A stretch of 64,000 nt of DNA from positions 64,001-128,000 of the forward strand of contig CAVUWD010000005.1 of NCBI GenBank assembly GCA_963745025.1, written 5' to 3'. The DNA comes from an uncultured delta proteobacterium (GTDB lineage: Bacteria; Desulfobacterota; Binatia; JACPRU01). Under the pieces are notes generated by a model. The model was not told where the DNA came from, did no database searches, and was given only the letters and a program-made list of their open reading frames with translations. Below, in pieces: positions 31,232 through 39,533 of this stretch. Position numbers and translations under genes: made by a program. How positions within the stretch are numbered: position 1 is the stretch's first letter; every line of letters starts with the position of its first letter.

Positions 31232-32017
31232 ATGGCGGACCCGCACGCAGGACCGTACGATCACGTCGTCTTCTTGCACATTCAAAAGACGGCGGGGACG
31301 TCTCTTTTCAGGATGCTGGTGGAGCGCCTCGGCAAGCCGGCGATCTCACACGGCGATTTTCTCCGCTACCAGCCGACGGACCTCGCCCCGTTCCGGCTCA
31401 TCGCGGGACACTTCGGATACGAGTACCTGCGGGCGATACCCGGTCGCAACTTCACCTTCACGTTCCTGCGCGAGCCCGTGGATCGAGTCGTTTCGCTGTA
31501 CCATTTCATGCAGAACCGGGATCCGAAGGAGTACGAGATCTATAAGCTCGCCCAGCAGATGAGCTTCAGCGAGTTCGTCCGCTCCGAGCACCCCGTCGTG
31601 AGCGCGCACATCGACGACGCGCAGGTGTGGCAGCTGGCGCACGGTTGGCCGGACGGGCAATGGCAACCGACGCGCGAGGAGCTACTCGCGCGGGCGGTCG
31701 CGAACCTCGAGACCCTCTGCTTCTTCGGATTCCAGGAGACGTTCGACGGCGACGTGGTCGAATTGGCGCGGTGCCTCGGCTTGGAGATCTCACCGCATCA
31801 GCTGTCGCGCTACAACCGCTCCGAACGCCCCGCGGTGGACGCCTTGCCGACCGACGTCGTCGAGGTGATCCGTCGGCGCACTGCGCTCGATCGGCGGCTC
31901 TACGAAGGCGCCCTCGCACGGCGCGGCGCCCGGGCGGGGCGCCGGCGCCTGGAGATCGGCGCGCTTCGCCAAGGGCTCGGGTGCGCAATTGTCGCGCTGG
32001 TTTCCGCTCTCGGCTGA
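31232..32017 (+). CDS. Sulfotransferase family 2 protein
   Basis: 5'-PSB motif FLHIQKTAGTS and 3'-PB motif TFLREPVDRVVSLY. Confidence 0.85.
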   Translation: MADPHAGPYDHVVFLHIQKTAGTSLFRMLVERLGKPAISHGDFLRYQPTDLAPFRLIAGHFGYEYLRAIPGRNFTFTFLREPVDRVVSLYHFMQNRDPKEYEIYKLAQQMSFSEFVRSEHPVVSAHIDDAQVWQLAHGWPDGQWQPTREELLARAVANLETLCFFGFQETFDGDVVELARCLGLEISPHQLSRYNRSERPAVDALPTDVVEVIRRRTALDRRLYEGALARRGARAGRRRLEIGALRQGLGCAIVALVSALG

Positions 32018-32158
32018 GAGCGCCGTGCGCCGAACCGCACGTCGCCCTCCGTTTCACTTGCCGATACCCAGCCGAGCCGGCGGTGCCCGAGGTCGTTCGC
32101 CGGCGGCGTCTGCCGCGGCGGCGGACCGCGAAATAGGCCGGAGAGCCGCGTCAACGCG

Positions 32159-35100
32159 CTACGCACCATCGACTGCGGGCGCTGACACCTCTCCTTCCCA
32201 GTCCACGTCTTCGAGCAGGTACGCGAGCATCCGCGGATCGTCGTTGTCGGGTAGCTCTCGCTTCGGGATCAGCCACCGCGATGCGCGGATGTGGGCGTCG
32301 ATCACGGATGCCGCTTCCGACACCGGAACGCGAATCTCGAACTCTCCCGGCCCGAAGCGGAATTCGCCGGCGGCGCGACCGTCGACGCAGACCTTGAGGG
32401 TCTGCGGGCTGAGCGACGGGTAACATTCGGGAACCCTGACTCGCAGCCGCAAGCCGTGCCCGCGCCGGGGCAAGACGAGGTGCAGGTTCGGCGAGGCCCA
32501 GCGGTCGGAATACCACTGAGCCGCCGAATCCGCCTTGCAGTACCTGGGGATAAACGTTTCGTAGCCGCGCGTCTGGACGAACGCGTCGAAGTACTCGGGA
32601 TCGTGGCGCTGATGCGGCACCCCCGCCCGCAACTCGCCCGCCTGGGTCGCGTCGAAGAACCGGCGCAGCACGGCCTCGGTCTCTTCGACGCTGGCGTCGC
32701 CGCTGCCGCGGAACGAATTCTCCCCGTGTATCCGATGGAAGTAGAGACGATCCGGGACGAACGTCGGGCTGGTGTATCGCAGGGCCGTCAGCAGGAAATC
32801 CCAATCGTAGCACAGGCGCAGATCGCGGAAGCCGCCGACCAGGTCGAACAGCTCGCGGCGGAAGAACAGGTTTCCCGTGGACAGCGCGACGTTGAAATCG
32901 AGCAGTGCATATTCGAGCCGCGGATATCGCAGGGCTTCATCGACTTTCGCCCGTAGACGATCCGCGTAGGGATCGCCTGGCGAGATCGCCGAGCCTTCCG
33001 CATCCACCAGATCCACCCCCGAGAACGACAGCGAGGAATCCGATCCGTCGAGCGCTCGGTGAAGCCGCGCGAGCCGCTCGGGATGATAAGAATCGTCCGA
33101 GTTCAGCACCGCGATGAAATCGCCCGCCGCGCTCTCCACGGCGCGATTGAGCGCCGCGGCGGGCCCCGCGTTGTGCTGCGCGACGATCTCCACCGGCAGC
33201 TTCGGGTTGCGCTCCGCAAACGACTTCGACAGCGCGAGAGTCGCATCGCTCGACCCGTCGTCGACGACCACGATCTCGAAATCGGACCACGTCTGGCGCA
33301 GCACCGATTCGAGCGCAAAGGAGACGTACGCCGCGTGATTGTAGGCCGGCACGACGACGGAGATCGCAGGGCGCGGCTTCCCGTACCGCCGCGACCGCGC
33401 CGTCACCTTGCGCAATGCCGCGGCGGTCGCGTTCAGGTACGCATAGCCGTAGCGCTTGTCCGGCTCGAGATGCGCTCCCTCGGCCCATTCGTTCCACGAG
33501 TTGACGAACACCAGCCGCCGGCTCGGCGGCTGATGCGCGACGGCGTCCTCGCATGCGCTCTGCAGCCATTGCTGATAGAGCCGCGGGCTGGCGCCCACGT
33601 ACACGTTGCCCAGTGCGCCGCGCCGCGGCGTGTTGTCCCAACCCGGCATGACGGCGCGGAACAACGGATACGCTTCTGGCCTCGATTGCATCTTGTCGAG
33701 CACGACGTCTTCGTAGTGGTACGCCGATCCCTCGTATCGCGGGTTCAGCAGCGCGAGCGAACCCGAGACCTGGCTCGCGCTCGTGCCGTGCGGCGGGAAC
33801 TCCACGGCGGCGTCGAATCCGAGCGGCACGGGGTCTTTCAGGCCGAAGGTCTGCGCGGCGACCAGGAACAGATCCCCGATGCCCGACTGGCGGCAATGAT
33901 GCCGCCAGCGCTCCACGGTGTCGCGCGGCTCGGGCAAGATGTCCGCTCGATAGACGACGAGCAGCGGCCTGCCCTCCACGCGGATGTAGCGCGGATCGCG
34001 GAAGATCGCCTCCACGTCGCGGATGAACGCGAAGTCGCTCTCGGGCGAATGCTCCTGGCCGAGCAGCAACTCCTGCTCCGCGCCGTCCCACCGTCGCGTC
34101 CAGTTCTCGTTCGCCCAGCAGATGCAGAACGGGCGATCGAGCCGCGGATTGTCGAGGAGCTGGCGCAGCGGGCGGTCGAGAAGCTTTCTGCCGTTGAACC
34201 AATAATAGTGATAACAGAACGCGTACACGCCGTAGTGCGTGGCGAGCTCCAACTGGCGGGCCTGGATCTCCTCACCGACCCGCAGATCGTAGAAGCCGAG
34301 CTCGCCCGGCAAGTGAGGCTGATAGTGGCCGACGAACTGCGGCTTCGCGCGCGTGACGTTGGTCCACTCAGTGAATCCCTTTCCCCACCATTCGTTGTTC
34401 TCGGGGATGGGATGAAACTGCGGCAGATAGAACGCGATCAGGCGCACCGTCGTCTCGCCGACCGCCGTCGCGGAGATGGGTTGATAGTCGGCGGAGGCTT
34501 CGGCGTAGAGCTCGCGCACCAGGTCCGCGTCGAGCAGATCGCGATCCGCATGGGCTGCGCCGGTGGCGGACCGGGGACGAGACGCTTCGCGGACAGCGGT
34601 CGACGGCTGCGGATCCGAGCGCGCTTGCGGCGGCGGGCCCAGCGCTTCCGAGATCGGCGCCGCAGCGGAGCCGGGGTCCGGCGTGGAGGGCGCGCCTCCG
34701 TTGCGGTCGAGGAACTTCGCCGCCGATCCCTTGAGGGCGCCGTAGAGAGCGCGGAGCGCGCTGCCCTCTGGGGCGACCCGGTCGAGGCGGCGTCGCAAGG
34801 ACTCGAGCGCCTGCCACCCCGCGGTGCCGCGGAACACGGACAGCTGCTCGTCGAGCCGAGCAACGATCCGTCCCCGCTCCTCGGCGCGCTCGATCTCCTC
34901 TTCGAGGCGGCGCGCCAGCTCGAGCCGCTCTCGCTCCGTCTCGTCGAGCCGGCGCTCGAGGATCCGCTGCCTGGTGTCGAGCATCGTGCGGACCTGCGTC
35001 AGCTCCCATCGCGCCCTCGCAGCGTCTCGCGCAGATTCACCAAGCCGCATCTCGAGCATTCGCCGCTTGTTGTCGCGGTTCGACCGCAGCTGCTCGACCT

Positions 35101-35938
35101 GGCGCCCGGGGTCGGCGAGCTCCAGCGCGCGCTCGCCGAGCCGTCGCTCGAGCTGCGAGACGTGCCCCTGATACCGCGCTGCGAGCAGCGATTCGGCGCG
35201 GCTCGCGCTGGGCAGCGCGGCGACGACGAAGAACTGATACGTGGTCGCCAGCGGGTCGCTTCGCAGCTCGGCCACCAGTTGCTCGGGGTATTTCGTGAGG
35301 TCGAGGCGCGTCTCGGTCTGATCGATGCCGCGCACGATGCGCGTCTGGCTTTGGATGGAGTACCCGGCGTCGCGGAACAAGCTCTGCACCGCCGTTTCGT
35401 CGAAGAAGCGGATGTGATCGCGGTCGAGAAGCCCGGTGTCCGTGTAGCGAAATGCGCCGGACAGAAGCGCGAGCCGCACCGCCCCGTGGGCGACGTTCGG
35501 GATCGACGCGAGGAGCCGCGCCTGCGGCGCCAGCACCGCCGCCAGCCGTCGCAGCACCTCGCCCGGATTGCGCAGATGCTCGAGGACGTCCAACGCCAGG
35601 ACGACGTCGAACCGTTCCGGGAAAGCCGCCGCGAAATCGAACGACTCGAGATCGGCGACGACGACCCTCTGGCAATGCGGCCGTGCGACGTCCGCGGCGG
35701 CCGGGTCGGCGTCCACCCCCCACACCGAGCAGCCCCGCGCCGCGAGAGCCGACGCGACGACGCCCGGCCCGCAGCCGACGTCCAGCACCTTGCTGCCGAC
35801 CGGGACGCTCAGCACGGCCAGGGTATGCGCGTTGTTGAGGTCGTTCAGGTTCAGCGGGACGAGGTATCGCAGCGCCGAAGCCTTGTCCGCACTGCCCGTC
35901 TGCTCGGCGCGCCGTTTTCGTACAACCGCTGGTTTCAA
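32159..35938 (-). CDS. Multidomain glycan enzyme: SAM methyltransferase, coiled coil, WbsX/GH99-like glycosyltransferase, GT2 and a C-terminal beta domain
   Basis: VLDVGCGPG and DVLEHL; heptad-rich E/R/L segment; IAFYLPQFHPIPENNEWWGKGFTEW...NSWNEWAEGAHLEPD; ISVVVPAYNH...VVDDGSSD. Confidence 0.9.
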   Translation of the reverse strand: MKPAVVRKRRAEQTGSADKASALRYLVPLNLNDLNNAHTLAVLSVPVGSKVLDVGCGPGVVASALAARGCSVWGVDADPAAADVARPHCQRVVVADLESFDFAAAFPERFDVVLALDVLEHLRNPGEVLRRLAAVLAPQARLLASIPNVAHGAVRLALLSGAFRYTDTGLLDRDHIRFFDETAVQSLFRDAGYSIQSQTRIVRGIDQTETRLDLTKYPEQLVAELRSDPLATTYQFFVVAALPSASRAESLLAARYQGHVSQLERRLGERALELADPGRQVEQLRSNRDNKRRMLEMRLGESARDAARARWELTQVRTMLDTRQRILERRLDETERERLELARRLEEEIERAEERGRIVARLDEQLSVFRGTAGWQALESLRRRLDRVAPEGSALRALYGALKGSAAKFLDRNGGAPSTPDPGSAAAPISEALGPPPQARSDPQPSTAVREASRPRSATGAAHADRDLLDADLVRELYAEASADYQPISATAVGETTVRLIAFYLPQFHPIPENNEWWGKGFTEWTNVTRAKPQFVGHYQPHLPGELGFYDLRVGEEIQARQLELATHYGVYAFCYHYYWFNGRKLLDRPLRQLLDNPRLDRPFCICWANENWTRRWDGAEQELLLGQEHSPESDFAFIRDVEAIFRDPRYIRVEGRPLLVVYRADILPEPRDTVERWRHHCRQSGIGDLFLVAAQTFGLKDPVPLGFDAAVEFPPHGTSASQVSGSLALLNPRYEGSAYHYEDVVLDKMQSRPEAYPLFRAVMPGWDNTPRRGALGNVYVGASPRLYQQWLQSACEDAVAHQPPSRRLVFVNSWNEWAEGAHLEPDKRYGYAYLNATAAALRKVTARSRRYGKPRPAISVVVPAYNHAAYVSFALESVLRQTWSDFEIVVVDDGSSDATLALSKSFAERNPKLPVEIVAQHNAGPAAALNRAVESAAGDFIAVLNSDDSYHPERLARLHRALDGSDSSLSFSGVDLVDAEGSAISPGDPYADRLRAKVDEALRYPRLEYALLDFNVALSTGNLFFRRELFDLVGGFRDLRLCYDWDFLLTALRYTSPTFVPDRLYFHRIHGENSFRGSGDASVEETEAVLRRFFDATQAGELRAGVPHQRHDPEYFDAFVQTRGYETFIPRYCKADSAAQWYSDRWASPNLHLVLPRRGHGLRLRVRVPECYPSLSPQTLKVCVDGRAAGEFRFGPGEFEIRVPVSEAASVIDAHIRASRWLIPKRELPDNDDPRMLAYLLEDVDWEGEVSAPAVDGA

Positions 35939-36130
35939 TACCGATGGCTCCGGCCGAGGATGCGACGAAACGTTGCCATCTTCCCGCGCTCCTGTAAAGG
36001 GCGCCCGTCGGTGCGCTGCGAGGGCGCGCGACTCAGGAAGCGATGAACAAGCGGCGGTTCTCCGCTTCCCGGTTGAGGACGAGGGCAGTGCGCCTCTGCG
36101 ACTCGCAGCGCGCGAGCAAGCTCGACCACA

Positions 36131-36265
36131 CTAGAGCTCCCGGTGGCCGAGCCGGCGGACGCGAAGGCAGAAGGCGACGTCTTCGTCGCCGTTGAAGTAG
36201 AGCGGGTCGAATCCACCGCAGCGCTCGAAGATCTCGCTCTTCGTCAGCAGGCATGCCCACGTTTC
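36131..36265 (-). pseudogene. Internal fragment of a GT2 glycosyltransferase
   Basis: Manual translation: WACLLTKSEIFERCGGFDPLYFNGDEDVAFCLRVRRLGHREL*. Confidence 0.65.
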
Positions 36266-36295
36266 ATCCTTCAGGGTGCGTATGCGAATCCAAAC

Positions 36296-36560
36296 TCAGA
36301 AGTCGATGGCCAATCCGATGAGCGGGCCCCGGAACTGGAGGTCGATATTTGCCGCGCCCTTCGACTTGTTGAAGTCGAGCAGGCGGTAACCCGCCGCCAG
36401 GTGGAGGGTGGTGTTCTTGGGCTTCCAGGGGCAGCTCTACTGGAAGGCCGAACTATATCCCAGCAGAAGTCGGATCCCGTCTGGAAGGGAGCCGCGTCGC
36501 CGCGGAAGGACCAATCGGCCTTGTCGAAGAGGTTCAAGGTGATGCGCCCGCCGTGGATGG
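36296..36560 (-). pseudogene. C-terminal fragment of an outer-membrane beta-barrel protein
   Basis: Ends LHLAAGYRLLDFNKSKGAANIDLQFRGPLIGLAIDF* with a terminal Phe. Frameshift and stop upstream, no start. Confidence 0.55.
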
Positions 36561-36827
36561 CCGTTTCAAAGCCCCTCTCCCTTGGGGCTATCGTCGCAGC
36601 GCGGGCCTCGATGGCAACGGCTCGCGACGTTGCAGCGACAACGGCTCGCCGACTCGCTCGCGCGGAATCTCGAACGACTCGGATTGAAGCGCCGACCGAA
36701 GCAGCTTCCGACGTTGCCGTCGTCGGAGACCCGCGGTCGTAACGTCGCCTGCGTCAGGTGCTTGCGGGTACGGCGGCCGTAAAAGCGACGAGTTTCCTGT
36801 CTTAAGCGGCACTGGTACAATTGCCCC

Positions 36828-39524
36828 ATGACGCGTCGCGACGGTTGCGAGGTGCTGAGCTTCCGGGCGCGAGGGCTCTACCCGAACCTGCGGTGCATGC
36901 TCGCCAGCCTGTCCGAGCAGAGTCGACGGCGCCCCGCAGACGGTAAGTTGCCCGGCGACGTGGCGTCCGTGGTCGAGTGCACGGTTCGTGAGGATGGCCG
37001 CACGCGGAGCATCGAGCTGCCCGTAGGCGCTGCCGACCTGCTCGCGTTGCGCCACTCCGATCAGCCCGCCGCGCTTCACCACCTCTCCCTCATCCTCCGT
37101 GCCCAAAAGGGGGACGAGGCCAGCCGGAATGAGCTCCAAAGCATTGCCCAGAAGCGGTTTCGCAAGCTGCAGGATCGCCTCGACCGCCTCGAGCAGTTGG
37201 ATGACCGGTATCTGATCTTATCCAGCGACCAGCAGCAGTACCCCTCCGAAACGGCGAGCCACAAAGGGTCGATGCTGCTCCGGCTCAGCCAGCAGGGGTA
37301 TCCGGTTCCGGATTTCGTCATCCTCACCGCCGATGCCTATCCAGAGAGCGAGCAGCGCCTGAAGCAGCACGTCACCCGCGCCGTCGAAGCGCTCGAAGGC
37401 CTAGTCGGGCGTCGGCTCGGAGCACCGACGGAGCCCCTTGTGCTCGCCATGCGCTGCGCAATGCCTCAGTACTACCCAGGCTTGATGCCGACCTACCTCA
37501 ACGTGGGCATCACGGAGAGGACGCTGCCTGGCCTGGAGAGCCTTTTTGGCCGTCGTGCGTCCAATATGATGTACCTGAATAACCTCAAGAACCTTCTCGT
37601 CGCCTTGGGCGAGGAGACAGGCACGGTCCTCCGCAAAGCGGACGAGACGCCACCTGAGGACGCGGAGGAGTTCCTCGTCCGGCGCGTCGAAGAGGCATCG
37701 GCGAGGGTGCGCAAGCACGATCCCCGATTGCTTCAGGACGGATTCCATCAGGTTGCCTTCCTCGCTTTGGAGGCCTACCGCAACTTCGAGAGCAACGCCG
37801 ATCTCGTGGCCACCCTTTCGCGCGGCACGATCCAACGCCCGGCGATCATCATGCAAATGATGGTCTGCTCGGTCAGGGAAGAGAGGTCCTATGTGGGTGT
37901 GCTTTACAGCCGCAACCCGATGACCGGCTCAGGGTGCGAGATCGAGACCGCGATGGGGACCTTCGGGGAAGACATCATGACGGGGTCGGTGGAGACGACG
38001 CGGACCGACTTCGATGGTCCCGAGGAGATCCGCGAGGCTTTCCCTTCCGTGTTCAGCTTCATGCCCCTCGTACCCAAGCTGGAGCAGGAGTTTCAGTTCC
38101 CGGTCACCATCGAGTTTGCGGCCGAGGCCGGCGCCTACACCGAGCTCTTCGCGCTCCTCCAGCTCAACCAGACCGGCATGACCGGCCGCGCTGCCTTCAT
38201 CTCGGCAGTGGATCTTCACAAGGCCGGTACCATCTCCCGGAAGCGCATCCTCGAGCTGATCCAGCCGTACCACGTCAAGCAGATCGAGTCCGACACCATC
38301 GATACCCGCTCCTTCCAGGATCTCTACCGCTTCGGCGACGGCATCTCGATTCTCCCTCGCGCCGCCATCTGTGCCCGCGTTTACTTCTCTGCCGAGGAAG
38401 CCCTGAACGCCAAGCGGCGGGGCGAGAGCGTCTGTTTCTGCAAGCCGACATTCGCGCCCACCGACACCGTCGTCATGCAGGAGGTCGACGCCATCCTCAG
38501 CCTGAGCGCCGCCGCCATCCACGTGGTCACGATCTGCCAGAGCTTCGGCACCCCGGCCCTCTTGAACCTGGAGCGGGATGGCATCGCGTTGAAGCCCGAG
38601 CGATGCCTTGTCAACGCCGACGGGGTGGAGATCCACGAGGGAGACTTCGTGACCATCTCGTCGCGCCGGCAGGCGTTATTCAAAGGCAAGGCTCGGTTCG
38701 AGCCCGCCCGCTTCATCCGCTACCTGCAGGGCGAGGAGCCTGAGCTTACCGAGGCGGAGCGGAAGGCCTTCGAGGACATGGCCTATGCCTACCGCTACTA
38801 TTTCAAGCTCGTCAGTACACTCAGGCAGGAGCAGGTGACGAGCTTGTGGGAGCTCATCCGCCTGGTCAACCTCGAACTCCGCGGCAAAGAGGAGGAAGCC
38901 CGACAGTTCGTGCGGGCGTGGTGCGATAGTCACGAGCAGTTCTACGTCGACGAGGTGCTGCGCAGCGAGCTCGGCGATCACCTCAATCAGCACAGAGTGT
39001 TCGAGATGCTGACCGTGGATCAGAAGATCCGCTTCTTCGCCAAAGCTCTGGATCGTTGCGAGCGCGAGAAGATGTTCGGCTACGCCGCCGGCGCCTTCAT
39101 GCTTGGACGGTTCATCTCGACTCCCCTGCCGGTTGCCTTCTGGCGCTCATTCGGGCCAAGCAAGACCGCTCTCCTGCTGAACGAGTGGCTGCTTTTCGAG
39201 AAGTACATGCACGTGCTGCACAGCGTGGGCGAGCGGAAAATCAACCGCGCCCGGAAGCGCATCCTCAGCGAAGGGCTGCCCGAGATCCAGTTGGCACCGC
39301 CGGCGTTGACGGTGCTTGTCCCTTTGAAGCTGGCGGCAGCCGACATCACGTCTGTTCGCAAGTCGGTTCCCCAGTGGTGCGACCCGCAGCTCCCCAAGCT
39401 CCTGGACCTTCTCGAGAGGCCCTACAAGGCGTTCTTCGACTTCAAGGCGCCCTGGTCGCGCGGTAAGCTGGAGGCCATCTGCGACGAGGCCGGCCTCAAG
39501 ATGCCCGGCCCAGACGACCGGTAG
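36828..39524 (+). CDS. Divergent PPDK-like protein: ATP-grasp domain, phospho-His swivel domain and an unknown C-terminal domain, lacking the pyruvate-binding TIM barrel
   Basis: HKGSML...GYPVPDF, PLVLAMRCAMP..PGLMPTYLNVG, GVLYSRNPMTG, FGEDIMTG, IEFA, AIHVVTICQSFGTPAL and EGDFVTIS align with the PPDK N-terminal and central domains. Confidence 0.85.
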   Translation: MTRRDGCEVLSFRARGLYPNLRCMLASLSEQSRRRPADGKLPGDVASVVECTVREDGRTRSIELPVGAADLLALRHSDQPAALHHLSLILRAQKGDEASRNELQSIAQKRFRKLQDRLDRLEQLDDRYLILSSDQQQYPSETASHKGSMLLRLSQQGYPVPDFVILTADAYPESEQRLKQHVTRAVEALEGLVGRRLGAPTEPLVLAMRCAMPQYYPGLMPTYLNVGITERTLPGLESLFGRRASNMMYLNNLKNLLVALGEETGTVLRKADETPPEDAEEFLVRRVEEASARVRKHDPRLLQDGFHQVAFLALEAYRNFESNADLVATLSRGTIQRPAIIMQMMVCSVREERSYVGVLYSRNPMTGSGCEIETAMGTFGEDIMTGSVETTRTDFDGPEEIREAFPSVFSFMPLVPKLEQEFQFPVTIEFAAEAGAYTELFALLQLNQTGMTGRAAFISAVDLHKAGTISRKRILELIQPYHVKQIESDTIDTRSFQDLYRFGDGISILPRAAICARVYFSAEEALNAKRRGESVCFCKPTFAPTDTVVMQEVDAILSLSAAAIHVVTICQSFGTPALLNLERDGIALKPERCLVNADGVEIHEGDFVTISSRRQALFKGKARFEPARFIRYLQGEEPELTEAERKAFEDMAYAYRYYFKLVSTLRQEQVTSLWELIRLVNLELRGKEEEARQFVRAWCDSHEQFYVDEVLRSELGDHLNQHRVFEMLTVDQKIRFFAKALDRCEREKMFGYAAGAFMLGRFISTPLPVAFWRSFGPSKTALLLNEWLLFEKYMHVLHSVGERKINRARKRILSEGLPEIQLAPPALTVLVPLKLAAADITSVRKSVPQWCDPQLPKLLDLLERPYKAFFDFKAPWSRGKLEAICDEAGLKMPGPDDR

Positions 39525-39533
39525 GTCGCGACG

